Shown: positions 35,288 to 48,323, numbered from the whole stretch's first letter. The stretch is DNA of 63,077 nucleotides, filler included, from Octopus bimaculoides (GCF_001194135.2; 7 parts of 5 records of this genome joined end to end with filler, not necessarily neighbours in it); one strand, 5' to 3'. The notes: generated from the sequence alone by a model not told the origin. Made by a program: numbers and translations.

Positions 35288-36899
35288 GTGAGACTGATGC
35301 CTTGTGATCAAATCATGGTATACTATACATAAATATTGCCATGAACATTTAAAATACATTGTTTTATGTCTGTATTAAAAAACGAATTTTGCCTCTTGCA
35401 ATGCAAACATTTAAAATAAGTCTGTAAAAATGATCCATTTTTAAAGGAATGAAAATATATACTTAATTTCTACATATTTACAAAATTATAAAATATCATT
35501 GAATCACACTACCTTATACTGACACATTATGGGGAAGAGTCTCTAATTAGATCTATATATAGATATATTCATATATTATTAATTATTTGTATTTACAAAT
35601 AAGTTCTATTTATATACATACTCTTCAAAATGTATACCAGGTAGTTTTATTTTACATTTAGAATATATTTGATATTCATATACTTATGACTTCACTATCA
35701 GCCTTGGTAAAATGCAATGGTAGAATTTACTCCTTCTATCTTTAGAATACTAAATACAAAAGAACATAACTATAAAGTGCAGGTAATTTTTCTGGTAAAA
35801 TATGCATTTACCAATTCTATGTATCTGACTAATATAAACAGTGTATATAATATGCATTTACCATTTAAGAAAATCCAAAGATGGTTGATATAACTTGAAA
35901 AATCTTCAATAGGAATGTATGAATTCTCTTTATATATAGTATTAATATATTCTTTTTGTTTTTGAGTTAAATGTGGTCAAAACTACATGTGATCATGTTT
36001 AAAATGACAAAGGTTAAAAAGTGAAAGAGTAATAGTATCACTGTCTTCTATACACACACACATATTTTATTTGTTTGTATGTTTATTTATACACATAAAC
36101 TTTCACATTTATATACATGCTGCTCCATTAATCTAGACAGACAATAGTATGCCTCTTTATGACGCCAGATTTTTGAAATGTTTAAGGAGATCCCGACTTG
36201 CATAAGCTACACAATTTAAATATTGACCTAGAAAGAATTTTGGCCTCTGGTTGCATTTACTGATGAGAGATTGTCATTCAAATAACATTAAACTACTCAA
36301 AGGTTGTCTATTACTGAACGACTACTTTGGAAAATACACTGACTGCTATTCAACAATGTACACTGGTTGAAATATGCATGTGTGTGTGTGTGTGTGCATG
36401 AGTTTATATAAGAGAGTTTAGGGTATTCGTGAATATTTGGAAAGTGATGCTTTATGAGAGATAAGAAGCTCTTAACAGTATTTGTAGTGTTGTCTGTCTA
36501 AGTTATAACATGAGAGGACAGATTACTTTCCACTTCCTGTCACTCCTTGAATGTGCAATGAGTAGGGGAGTTACCATGTAAACTAACTTCTCGTTAAGGC
36601 ACTCCTGGATTATGCATTATTACTCCTCCTACATGCAACACACCTACTCTTGTCTCTCATGTGAGTGATCTGTAACAATTCTTACCATGTGACATGCCTC
36701 AACAAATGTGAAAGCAAGTTTGCAAATGGCCCCTAGATACCTGTCTTCAAGTCACACAGAGCTAAACCACATTCATGACAAAATGATTAGACATGCATTT
36801 TATATATCTGTGAGACTCCAAGTTATGAACATTTGAGTCACCAGCTATTCCTCTACAAATATAGATTTTATGCTATGTATTGAATACACTTTTCTTTCA

Positions 36900-37260
36900 C
36901 TTTCTTTTCTTTTCTTGCCTTTAATCCTCCAATGCGGAGTATAGGCCACTTATAATTGAATTCCATAATTTTTCGCTTCTGTACTTATACTCTGCCATGA
37001 ATGTCCCCCTTTCTCTAGTTCCTTTTGTGTTGATCTATGCCACGAGTTCTTAGGCCTACCCTTCTTTCTATATCCATCCGGATTTCACTGTAAAGCACTT
37101 TTCGCTACATTTGGTGTGTCTTTTCTAATTGTGCTACCAATCCACTTCCACTTTTTCTTAAATATTTGCTCCCTAATCGAAACTTGATTTGTTCTTTGCC
37201 ATAGCTCCATATTGCTTATGTGTTCAGGGCCTTCTAATTTTAAGTATACTACGCAAGCAC
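36900..37260 (-). mobile_element. RTE-clade LINE 3' end
   Basis: HISNMELWQRTNQ.SI..QI..KKWKWIG.TIRK...NVAKSALQ*NPDGYRKKGRPKNSW; AAGA-rich tail. Confidence 0.85.
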
Positions 37261-37315
37261 CTGTTGATGAATGATTGTATTTCACATGTACATATAAATA
37301 TGAGAGGGTTTCTTT

Positions 37316-37498
37316 AAGGGTATTGTGAAAGGTCTGGTTGGAGGCCCAACCTTCCATGTTCTTTTACAGGACTGAAGGACTGCTGCAATAAGTGTGTGAA
37401 TCTGAAAAGGGGAATATGTTGAATAAAATCATAATTAACTGATCCTCCTGTATTTTCTTTTACCCGAAGCCAGGAATTTTTCAGCACCTCCTTGTGTA
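37316..37498 (-). mobile_element. Mariner-type element end fragment
   Basis: Reverse reading TACACAAGGAGGTGCTGAAAAATTCCTGGCTT resembles mariner TA-CGAGGG..GAAAAGT ends. No second TIR seen. Confidence 0.55.
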
Positions 37499-37724
37499 TA
37501 CTCATTCCAAATTTTCTTTAGCACTATGTATAAACTGAGAACAAGCAGTTGAAAATGTAGAAGCAGACTCTTCCATAGAACATACAAATACAGTCAAAGA
37601 AGCTCCGCCATGATTAAGAAAATGGAAAACATGACTGAGTGCACTGGGAAATTTATTTCTTCAGGAACACCTACGGACAAATGAGAATTTAAACTATGGA
37701 ACTGTCTCTCTTAAAAGAAAGACC

Positions 37725-37946
37725 TTAACCCTTTAACATAAATATCCAGCCCACATATTCTACCTGTTTTATGTTCAAACTGGCCAGATATGGTATCTCA
37801 CACCTACCCAATGATGTTATTCTTGTAAAAATAAACAATTACGTCATTGAAATCCGAAAGCTACAAGATAATGCGTGATTACTTCAAAACAATGTGAATA
37901 AATAAGCATTACATATGGCAGAGTGATTTGACTGCTAAATAGTTAA
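37725..37946 (+). mobile_element. piggyBac-type MITE family G (about 220 bp)
   Basis: TTAA-CCCTTTA...GCTAAATAG-TTAA; homologous to 48101-48323 and 55743-55958. Confidence 0.72.
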
Positions 37947-38035
37947 ACATCTTGAATCAACATTATTAAAAAGAATAAAATCTGTATTGCACCAATTCCA
38001 TTCCTGAAAACACTGGACTTATTACAAGACACACT

Positions 38036-38345
38036 TTAAAACTTTTGTTAGCATATTTCTGTTGAAATATATTGCTATTATTTCAGTTTATTTTGAAAAT
38101 GATGAAAGACTTAATAAAATGACTTTGTCATTATCAAGCTGGTGTTAGGGACATAAATTAATATAAAATTTTGATGAAAGGCACAGGAGTGGCTGTGTGG
38201 TAAATAGCTTACTTACCAACCACATGCTTGTGGGTTCAGTCCCACTGCATAGCACCTTGGGCAAGTGTCTTTTACTATAGCCTCGGGCCGACCAAAGCTT
38301 TGCGAGTGGATTTGGTAGACGGAAACTGAAAAGAAGCCTGTCGTA

Positions 38346-38444
<99 letters not shown>

Positions 38445-38725
38445 TTGTGTGTCTGTGTTTGTCCCCACAACATCGCTTGACAACTTAGTGGTTCGGCAAA
38501 AGAGACTGATAGAATAAGTACTAGGCTTACAAAGAATAAGTCCTGGGGTCGATTTGTTCGACTAAAGGCAGTGCTCCAGCATGGCCACAGTCAAATGACT
38601 GAAACAAGTAAAAGAGTAAAAGATTAAAAGAGTAAAGGTTTTGATTTAGATAATTTTTTTAACAGAATGTTTATATCATAGTGCCAGGAGCAGTTTCGGG
38701 TGGGTTGGTATCAAAAAAGGGTTAA
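38036..38725. mobile_element. piggyBac-type MITE family H, interrupted by a SINE A
   Basis: Ends TTAA(AAC)TTTTGTTAGC and TATCAAAAAAGGG-TTAA; reverse homologue at 48646-48873. Confidence 0.65.
38180..38637 (+). mobile_element. SINE family A, full length
   Basis: Complete head, long internal (TA)n(TG)n and tail. Confidence 0.92.
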
Positions 38726-38904
38726 GCAATCCTCAGTATACACACTTTACCAAATAAATTTATTTACTAGAAAAGCATTAGGTGTGATATAGAACCTTAT
38801 AAGGATGTAAAACACATACCATCTATGCTTCTGATGAGTGGATAAAGAAGTTATTGTCTTTTGACAGACAGTTTCACAATTTGTTGATTGCTCCTCAGAG
38901 AAGA

Positions 38905-39306
38905 TGTAGTCAGGTGTAGGTGTAGCTGTATGATAAGAAGTTGGCTCTGGGTACAGACCCACTGCATGGCACCTTGGGCAAGAGTCTTTTACTGTAGCTT
39001 CTGGCTGACCAAAGCCTTGTGAGTGGATTTGGTAAACAGAAACTGAAAGAAGCCTGTCACATATATGTGTGCGTGCATGCATGTGTGTGTATGTGTGTGT
39101 TTGTCCGCCACCACAGCTTGGCAACTGGTGTTGGTGTGTTTATGCCCTTGTAACTTAGCGGTTTGACAAAAGAGACTGATAGAATAAGTACTAGGCTTAA
39201 GAAAAATATAAGTATGGTGGTTGGGTGGTCAATTAATTTGGCTAACAATTCTTCAAGGTGTTGCCCAAGCATGACTGGAGTCTAATGACTGAAACAAGTA
39301 AAAGAA
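38905..39306 (+). mobile_element. SINE family A with partly deleted head
   Basis: Colinear with the 38180-38637 copy. Confidence 0.8.
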
Positions 39307-39442
39307 CATGTAGTGTTCACCACTGTGTAGAGCAGTAGCCAACTAAGCTAGAACCATACTTCTGATTCATGCAATGTTGTGTATAAAATATATATTGTTA
39401 ACCCTAAAAAAAAACATTCAGAAAAACCAACCTCTCAATACA

Positions 39443-40084
39443 CAGGGGTTGGACAAAATAATGGAAACACTTAGCATCATAGCATCATAATTTTGAAATA
39501 TCTATGAAACCATCAAAAGCTTGTTTATTTTTATGTTTTTTCATTTATTATTAGTGTTGCTTAATGTTTTACTAAAATTGCTATTTCTTTTCAGATATCA
39601 TCAGAAAAAGGTAATTAAAATTCATTAAAATAACAGATCTATCGGACTTTCAAAGAGGTCAAATTGTTGGTGTCAGATCAAATTCATCCTATGGTTGCAG
39701 AACTGTTTCAGGAGGGAAATGCAATCTTTCAGGATGATAATGCACCAATTCACACAGCTAAAGCTGTTACTGAATAGCACGAGGAACATTCTAGTGAAGT
39801 TGTACATCTTATCTGGCCACCACAGTCCCCAGATCTCAATATTATTGAATATTTATGGTTTATTTTAGAAAAACAAGTAAGGAGTCGATATCCTCCACCA
39901 TCATCACTACAAGAACTGGAGACTGTTTTAGCTGAAGAAGGGACAACAATTCCATTGGAAACAATTCAAACTTTGTACGAGTCCATACCTCATAGAATTC
40001 AAGCTGCCAAAGGTGGTCCTACTCCATATTAAAATAAATTTGTTTGAAATTTTAAGGTGTTTCCATTATTTTGTCCAACCCCTG
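39443..40084 (+). mobile_element. Internally deleted Tc1-family transposon (642 bp), DD36E spacing
   Basis: Perfect 28-bp TIRs CAGGGGTTGGACAAAATAATGGAAACAC, TA on the right flank. LSDFQRGQIVG is fused to AIFQDDNAPIHTAKAVTE*HEEHSSEVVHLIWPPQSPDLNIIE...AKGGPTPY*. Confidence 0.95.
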
Positions 40085-40224
40085 TACATCATAAATAGCC
40101 ACTCTGTAAATACAGCAGTGATTGTCTAGCCATATGTCTCCGTTATGTATATATAAGTGTGTGTATGTGTGTATGTGTCTATATGCATATACATCATGAT
40201 CATAATCATCATGATCATCATCAT

Positions 40225-40440
40225 AATCATCATAATCGTTTAACATCTGTTTTCCATGTTGACATGGGTTGGATGGTTTGACTGGAACTGGCCAGCTGGA
40301 GACCTGCTCCAGCTCTATTTATTTCTTTTGGCATGATTTCTATGTCTTTGCTAATGCCAACCACTTCACAGTGTGTGCTGAGTGCTTCATACATGACACT
40401 GGCACAGGGGCTTTTTATGTGGCACCACCATGAGTACTTT
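40225..40440 (-). mobile_element. Family D retroposon fragment
   Basis: (CAT)n tail then GTTTAACATCTGTTTCCATGTTGACATGGGTTGGATGG. Confidence 0.7.
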
Positions 40441-40474
40441 TTACAAGGTGTCGATATATGTATATGTGTATGTA

Positions 40475-40800
40475 TACTCTTTACTTGCTTCAGTCATTTG
40501 ACTGTGGCCATGCTGGAGCACCGCCTTTAGTCAAGCAAATCGACCCCAGCATCGGTTGTCACACCAGCATCGGTTGTCAAGTGATGTTGGGGGGACAAAC
40601 ACAGACACACAAACATACACACACACATACATATATATATCTACATATATACGACAGGCTTCTTTTCAGTTTCCATCCAGCAAATCCACTCACAAGGCTT
40701 TGGTCAGCCCGAGGCTATAGTAGAAGACACTTGCCCCAGGTACTACAGAGTAGGACTGAACCCAGAACCATGTGGTTCGTAAGCAAGCTACTTACCACAC
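40475..40800 (-). mobile_element. SINE family A, internal deletion
   Basis: Tail, CACCAGCATCGGTTGTCA and head segments in reverse orientation. Confidence 0.85.
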
Positions 40801-41464
40801 ACACAAACACACATAGGGTCCTAGGAGGGTAGAAAGGTGGAGTAATTCCAATGCAGCAATCAACTGAAGATTTAGGCTATCTACACTCTTGGACTATAGT
40901 CTTAAGTAAGATCAATTTTATTTTTATGCTTTTCGTTTCCTATCAATATAAGCAAAACACAAAGCCCGGCAGACACACAACATAAAAGTGCACCTTTGAT
41001 GCAGTTATAAAGAAGAACCACTCTAATGTTTCAAAATATTACATAAATTTTCAATTGGAACCTTTGTGTGAACTGGCTTTGAAAACAGCATTGGTATATA
41101 AACAATTGTAACTGGTCATTAAAGATGTGATAAAATCTTTCTTTGACTTCTTTGAACTATGTATGTATGTATGTATGTATGTATGTATGTATGTATGTAT
41201 GTACGTACGTATGTATGTATGTATGTATGTATGTATGTATGTGTGTGCATATGTATGTATGTATGTGTGTGTGTATATATATATATATATANNNNNNNNN
41301 NNNNNNNNNNNNNNNNNNNNNNNNNNNNNNNNNNNNNNNNNNNNNNNNNNNNNNNNNNNNNNNNNNNNNNNNNNNNNNNNNNNNNNNNNNNNNNNNNNNN
41401 NNNNNNNNNNNNNNNNNNNNNNNNNNNNNNNNNNNNNNNNNNNNNNNNNNNNNNNTATATATGC

Positions 41465-41503
<39 letters not shown>

Positions 41504-41659
41504 ATCAGCATCATCAACAGTCCCAAAGCAAAAGAAGCCCATACTAGTCATCATTCTGCTCACATGACCTCCCTTTCTTCTCTCTTTCCGGCCAGGCTTC
41601 TTGGCTGTTTGTGTGATGTCACTGACCCTATACTTCTAGTCCACCTCAGCCCCACAGGT

Positions 41660-42172
41660 TTTTTTTTTTTCATTGAGGCATCAACCAGTCAGGTTGATTG
41701 CCTGGGCTAGCCTGACTACCTCTTGTCATCCCTCCTGATCTTCCATCAGTGTCTGTAGGTCTTCAATTTGGTATCCAACATCTTCTGTAAGTTGTTATAT
41801 ATACATCTTCCATGGTCCTCCAGTTGCTGTGGTACCATGATTTGGTGTCCACAGCAACATATTACACACTAGTTCTTTACTTCTCCAGCAGTGGCCAGCA
41901 AACCTCAAACTCCGCTCTTGGATGGCTGATGAGGAAGTTGGTACATTCCCATACAATCGCTGCTTTGTTGGGTGCTCCCTCCAAGAGCTGTTGAGCACTG
42001 CACGTAACATTCTGGTGTAGGCACCGTCCAGCATGTACCTCTCTTGGTGAGAGTCCAAGTCGGAGATCCATATACAAGCACAAATTCAACAACTGCTCTG
42101 AAGAACTGTCTCTTCAATTTATCTGGTTGGGTTGACTTCCATATTGTTCTAAGACCATCAATAGCTGTCCAA
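41660..42172 (-). mobile_element. RTE/RTEX-type LINE 3' fragment
   Basis: IWKS..PDKLKRQFFRAVVEFVLVYGSPTWTLTK / LDGAYTRMLRAVLNSSWREH...LYGNVP..S.AIQERSLRFAGHCWR...LLWTPNHG; ends in an A run. Confidence 0.88.
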
Positions 42173-43276
42173 GGTAAAAATAGTACACTAATTCATATAT
42201 TGTACTATGTTTACTGGTATCACCTATATAGGCACAAACCTATTTCATTCTTATGTGGCTTCTTTATTTCAAAGCCCTAGATCTGTGACACTAGTGTACT
42301 GTACTGTGACACAAATATATGTAAATTAGTAGACAAAGTTAAGAAGAATAGAAAAAAATTAAAATATATAAAAGCAAAAATAAAGCTATGAAAAATATTG
42401 AAAATAAAAAAAAAATTAAGAAAGGAAAGTAATCTTTACCTTAGGTTTTTAAGTGTAATTTCAAGGGAGATATCTAGTAAAAACCATTCCTTTTCATCTG
42501 TATTTGTTTACTGTCTTTCAACATTTTCCTGGTTTTAGTAACTTTCTAACTTTTGGACTCAGTGAGTAATTTTAGTATTTTCCTTTCCTTGTTTCTGAAC
42601 ATCACAGGCTATTGATAAATCTATACCATATTCTGAACACATGGCTTTAATCAAATTCTTTATTTTTATTATGTTTTTTTTTACGATATTGGCAAATTTT
42701 GTAACAGAGTTGATACCATAAGTTTTGTTGTGTTACCACTTCTGAACAATTTACTGGTAAAAAAAAACAACAACAAAAAAACGAGTAATAAAGGAAATAT
42801 CTGTAGTTGTTAGCAAACAATATTGGTCACTGGTAGTAGTTCCAGAGGATGGCCAAAAGTAGCTATGCAAATTAATGACCAATAGATTCAAATCACTGTC
42901 CTTCCAGAACCATTAAAGCTGTCAGACTAGTGAATCCTGGATTGGTGTGGTTTAATCTGTATCAAAATTAATGTGTGTGTGTATGTATGTATGTCATTAT
43001 TCAGTTTTATTTCAAGATTTCTTGCGAATAGTGAATGAGCTGGTTTCTGACCTAGATCCAAGGTACTTTCATTGGAATTTCAGAAACATCAGCAGGGTAT
43101 TTTTTGCATGTATGTGTATATATGTGCAGTATTTTGAGTCAGTGCATGTGCAGATTTGTATGTTTTATTTTATGTATGTATTCGCAAGCATATAATTGTC
43201 TGTCTAGACATGCTCTTATATACTTAAATGATGAACTAGAAAGTTTTACAAATTTTTACAGTTCCAGCGATGTATG

Positions 43277-43310
<34 letters not shown>

Positions 43311-43429
43311 TGTATGTATGTATGTATGTATGTATGTACGTATGTATGCATGTATGTATGTATACACACACACATACACACTCATACACACACAAGATAT
43401 ATACATACATACATACATACATCACCATC

Positions 43430-43988
43430 ATCATAATCATCATCATTGTTTAATGTCTGTTTTCCATGCTGGCATGGGTTAGACAGTTTGACTGAGGTCT
43501 TGAGAGCCAGCAGCTGCACCAAGCTCCAATCTGATCAGGCAATGTTTCGACAGCTGGATGCTCTTTCTAACGCCAACCACTCCGAGAGTGTAGTGGGTGC
43601 TTTTCACATGCTACCGGCATGAGAGCCAGTTAGCCGGACCTGACATCAACCACGTTTGGATGGTGCTTTTTACATGCCACCGGCATGGGCGCCACTCAAG
43701 GGACACTGACATTGCCCACGTTTGGATGATGCATTTTATGTGCCACTGGAATGGGAGCCAGTCAGGGGGCACTGGCCACAGCTACGATTTTGGTCTTACT
43801 TGACTCAACAGGTCTTCTCAAGTATATCATATAGCCCGATGCATCAAGGATACTCTTAAATGGGCCGGACATGCAACACTGGCATTGGCCATGGCTGTGA
43901 TCTCACTTTAGTTGCCGGTCTTCTCAATCACAGCATATCTCCAATGGTCTTGATCTCCTGTCATTGCCTCTGTGAGGCCCAATGTCAT

Positions 43989-43990
<2 letters not shown>
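43430..43990 (-). mobile_element. Family D retroposon, longest copy, with internal sub-repeats
   Basis: (CAT)n tail, CAGCTGGATGCTCTTTCTAACGCCAACC, repeated GGTGCTTTT(T)ACATGCCACCGGCA units. Confidence 0.82.
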
Positions 43991-44021
<31 letters not shown>

Positions 44022-44023
44022 GG

Positions 44024-44076
<53 letters not shown>

Positions 44077-44269
44077 TGATAAGTAAATCTTTGAAAAATT
44101 ATGTATAGAAAATTATGTCTGTAATTAAAAATTCTAACATAGTGGATTTTGAATAAGTATTCACAATTTACTAACTGGATTTGTATTCATAATTTACTAG
44201 AGCTTTCATGTTTTATACTAAGATTTTTCAAAAAAATTCAATATTAAATAATGTTATAAAGGAAAGGTA

Positions 44270-44940
44270 TTTTGTTGGTGTGTCTATGTCCCCATAATTT
44301 AGCGGTTCATCAAAAGAGATTGACAGAATAAGTACTAGTCTTATGAACAATAAGTCCTGGGGTCAATTTGTTTGACTAAAGGTGGTGTTCCAGCATGGCT
44401 GAAACAAGTAAAAGAGTATATAATAATTCTTCTACTATTTGGAGGCAAGGGGGCTTGTCAATTATATTACCCCAAGTGCTCAACTTGTACTTATTTTATT
44501 AACCCTGAAAAAAGGAAAGGCAAAGTTAACCTTGGCAGAATTTGAACTCAGAATGTGAAGATGAATGAAATACCGCTAAGCATTTTGTCTATCATGCTAC
44601 CTTAATTTAAATAAATATTGCAATTTTCAATTGAACATTTGTAGATGTGATGAACAAGCTTTATATTTTTTCTTCATATAAGAATTTTGACATTACTCTG
44701 TTTTAATATCAGTTTCAAATTTTGGCAGAAGGGTAGCAATTTTGGGAGGGAGGGGGTAATTCGATTACACTTACACCAGTACTCAACTGGTATTTATTTC
44801 ACAGACCCCTCCCCCACCAAAAAAAAAAGATGAAAGACAAAGCCCACCCCTGCAGCATTTGAACTCAAAACGTAAAGCTTCAGTAAATTCCACTAAGCAT
44901 TTTGCCAAGCATGCTAATGATTCTTCCAACTTGCTACGTT
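44270..44940. mobile_element. SINE cluster: A 3' half (+, 44270-44420) and two B copies (-, 44430-44605 and 44715-44940)
   Basis: Matches to the family A tail and the family B body. Confidence 0.75.
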
Positions 44941-46194
44941 ATTGTCTTAATATCAAAATAGTAATTTTATTCTGTTTTGAAGAATATGTCACAATGGATC
45001 CAAACAATACAAGAAATTGGAAAATATAGCACAGTGTAATGTGTGTAGCAAAAATGAATGCACAAATTAATTTTGGTGCATCCATTTAAATGAATGCACA
45101 TTTTTGTACATTTAGCTACACATTTTCCAATAAATATATAAAGACTGTGCTATTGAACCATGAAAATACATAAATATTAAATATTTCAGTTTATAATGCA
45201 TGATGAAATTAACAGAAAATAATAGCAATTCATTGCAAAATGTTCAATGAAATAATATTTGAATTACACTGACATCATATTTACCAGAATGTGACAGAAT
45301 TCATATTTTGAGCAATGTTTCTGAGAAAATTAAAATGAAATAACAAAACAGAAATTGTAGACAATATTTCAAGTAATGATTAGTGCAAGCATGAAATGAT
45401 TTGTCTTTTGTCATTATGTGTATGTCTTAATAATCACAAAAATATCTTCTTTTCATAAAATGAGTGTGTTTGTGTGTGTCTGCATATGTGTGTGTGTGTG
45501 TGTCTTGTGTATATCTATGAGAGAGAGTCAGTTCTGAGTGATGTGAGTTTCTGTATTTTACTGTGGTACACAGTGGTTGTCATTGAAAACTGCAGCTTTT
45601 ATAACGGTCAGCATGCTCTAAGACTTATTTGTATGAGTGATTTAAACTTAAAGAAAGTGGTCTGATTATTTGAAAATGTCCAAGAAAAAGAAGCAATCAT
45701 ATAACTAACCAAAGAGGTCACTGCTACAACTGTTGCATTGCTCCTGCTTCAGATGGTTAGGGGAGGAGATTGATCATCAGATACCAGTGAACTGAAAACT
45801 GTGCCAAGTGAGTGAGCGTGTACATGATGACTTGTACAAAAAAAGCAGAACAGTGGATATGTTGTCCAGATCTAGTTTTGATAACTGGTGATGATTGTGA
45901 AGAATGAGAAGTACTGGAGAAATAAAAATGAATTGATGGAGCTGAACTAACCTGACAAGATGAGAATTCAGGTGTCACAAAGGTGCCAAATAGCAGTTTG
46001 ATGTGGGATCTTAACCTTCTGACAAGTGAAGCAGATCCTGGTCTGTTCATGAATTCCTGCATTGATACCAGTCCAAATGAAATGAACTGAAGTCAGTCAA
46101 TTTCTATGTTTTGTTGGCACTAGGATATGACAAGCAATAGAGTACAGTGAAAGTTACATTTACAATTATCTCATGATGTCAAGGCTAGGTGACT

Positions 46195-46224
46195 GTAATA
46201 CACACACACGCGCGTGCGCGCATA

Positions 46225-46274
<50 letters not shown>

Positions 46275-46400
46275 TGACAGGCTTCTTTCAGTTTCCGTCT
46301 ACCAAATCCACTCACAAGGCTTTGGTTGACCTGAGACTGAATCTGGAACCATATGAATGGGAAGCAGACTTCCAACATATGAACTATATATAACTCAATC
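46195..46400 (-). mobile_element. SINE family A 5' half
   Basis: GGCTTCTTTCAGTTTCCGTCTACCAAATCCACTCACAAGGC next to (CA)n. Confidence 0.8.
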
Positions 46401-46599
46401 ACAGCACTTGTGAGAAGGGCTGACAGGAACAGCTGGCCCTCTTCCTACTGACCCTTTTGATGTGTGCTGGGACTAGGTTTTTCTAAAACTTTCACGAGTA
46501 AGACTGATTGATAAAATTGGCTGAAATGAATCTGTAATACTGTATTCTATAAATATTAATATACCCACTCTAGTGACAAATATATATATATGAAAGCAT

Positions 46600-46647
<48 letters not shown>

Positions 46648-46659
46648 GCATGAACCAAA

Positions 46660-47035
46660 TTTGATGACTGGCACCCATGCCAGTGGAGCACTATCAGCAC
46701 CATTTGAACTTGATCATTTCCAGCTTCACCTTACTGGCACTTGTGCCGGTGGCATGTGAACAAAATATTGGACTGACGTGCAGGTGGCACGTAAAAAGAC
46801 ACCATTTGAGCGTGGTCGTTGCCAGTACCGCCAGACTGGCCCTCGTGCCGGTGACATGTAAAAAGCATCCGCTACACTCTTGGAGTGGTTGGCGTTAGGA
46901 AGGGCATCCAGCTGTAGAAACTCTGCCAGATCAGATTGGTGTCTGGTGTAGCCATCTGGTTCGCCAGTCCCCAGTCAAATCATCCAACCCATGCTAGCAT
47001 GGAAAGCGGACGTTAAATGATGATGATGATGACAT
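46660..47035 (+). mobile_element. Family D retroposon
   Basis: GGTTGGCGTTAGGAAGGGCATCCAGCTGTAGAAAC...CCAACCCATGCTAGCATGGAAAGCGGACGTTAAATGATGATG. Confidence 0.85.
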
Positions 47036-47941
47036 ACATACACATACACGTTTTTTAGTATTATTTTATAAATATACACACCTTTTAACAGATTTTGGTT
47101 GAATCACTTTGGATTTTTGTTAAATAAATGCACTACTGAGTTCCTTTAATCTTCTTTACTATACTTTTCATAGTTTTATACAACTGCAGCTTATTCTCAG
47201 ATATTCTACTCACTTGTATCTGTTACAATTCTGTTACTCATGAAGAGGTTAACTTTCATCAGCCGTTATTTTTAATTTTTCACATCATCATCTTTTTGGT
47301 TTCTGAATCCAATGTATATACATACCCAGGAGAAAGAAAGTGTGAATGATGTCATGTTAGTATTACAAGAGATTGGTAACTTATTAGCATGGATATAACA
47401 AGATGGAAGAGAGATTTACATGCTCACTTGTTCTTATGCATTTAGTTTCCCTTCTGTACTCATATTGCTACTCACATAGCTACTTTATCAGGATGGTTCT
47501 TGTTATAAATAGAATCCCCAATTATAAAAAAGAAAAAGAATTTTTCTGCATGGAACATCTATGTTTTGATGACTGATTGAATACATTGGCGTAAAGAATA
47601 AAAGTATTCCAGTACTTTGGTAATGTTAATGTTTTGTGCTTATGCAAATAATATTTACCAGGATTTTCAACATATGATTCAGAATAAATCTAAAAAAAAG
47701 AAAGGAAAGATAAGAAACACACAGAGGTATAGATTCATGCGAAAAAGACAGAAAGCATATGGATTTTGAAAATGTAGTATTCAAATTTCTTCTTCACATT
47801 TCTTAAGCTTTTAGATGTTACTTTCTAATGTGTGTACATCATTCCTGTATGTAAATAATATCTTGTCTCTTTAAACTGACGTTTCGAATTTGCTTTACCT
47901 ATTTGAAAAATTTACTGTTTCATGTATATTTTCCATTGCAG

Positions 47942-47975
47942 AAAGAAAATGTAAACCCTTTTACAAAAGACCAAA
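47942..47975 (+). CDS. Candidate 34-nt exon KENVNPFTKDQ
   Basis: Strong acceptor (TTTCATGTATATTTTCCATTGCAG); weak donor AAA|GTACAA. Confidence 0.2.
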
Positions 47976-48100
47976 GTACAATATTTTTTTTTCTTCCTTA
48001 ATGCCTTTTATATTGCTCTTTTGTGTAAAAGTCAAAATAATTAACCTTGAATTGCTGAAAAAAAAAGGAACAAAAAAAAAAAAAGATTTCAGATACAAGT

Positions 48101-48323
48101 TTAGTCCTTTAGTGTTCAGATTAATCTGTCAAATATAATGCTTATTTATTCACATTATTTTGAATCACTCATGCTTTATCTTGTAGCTTTGCAATTTCAA
48201 TTATGTGATTGTTTATTTTCAGACTAACATTCATTGTAGGGTAGATGTGAGAGGCTGGATCTATGTACAGAACAGGTAGAATATTTTGGTTGGATACGGT
48301 CAGTTTAAAAGCTACAGGATTAA
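48101..48323 (-). mobile_element. piggyBac-type MITE family G
   Basis: Reverse homologue of 37725-37946 and 55743-55958. Confidence 0.68.

Noticed and set aside
37085-37357. 90-aa ORF as a single gene
   Set aside because: A chimera of mariner-end DNA and RTE coding sequence.
42864-42876. ATGCAAATTAAT octamer/POU site
   Set aside because: A single short motif in AT-rich DNA is expected by chance, and there are no conservation data.
44983-45040. NMSQWIQTIQEIGKYSTV* resembling a PH-domain last helix, with AATAAA downstream
   Set aside because: The acceptor is a weak AAG and the peptide is too short to distinguish from chance.
45650-46100. Coding-like tract with a PDLVL motif and a 101-aa minus ORF
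   Set aside because: A single short motif with many stops and no colinear restriction-like endonuclease or RT motifs that I could confirm.
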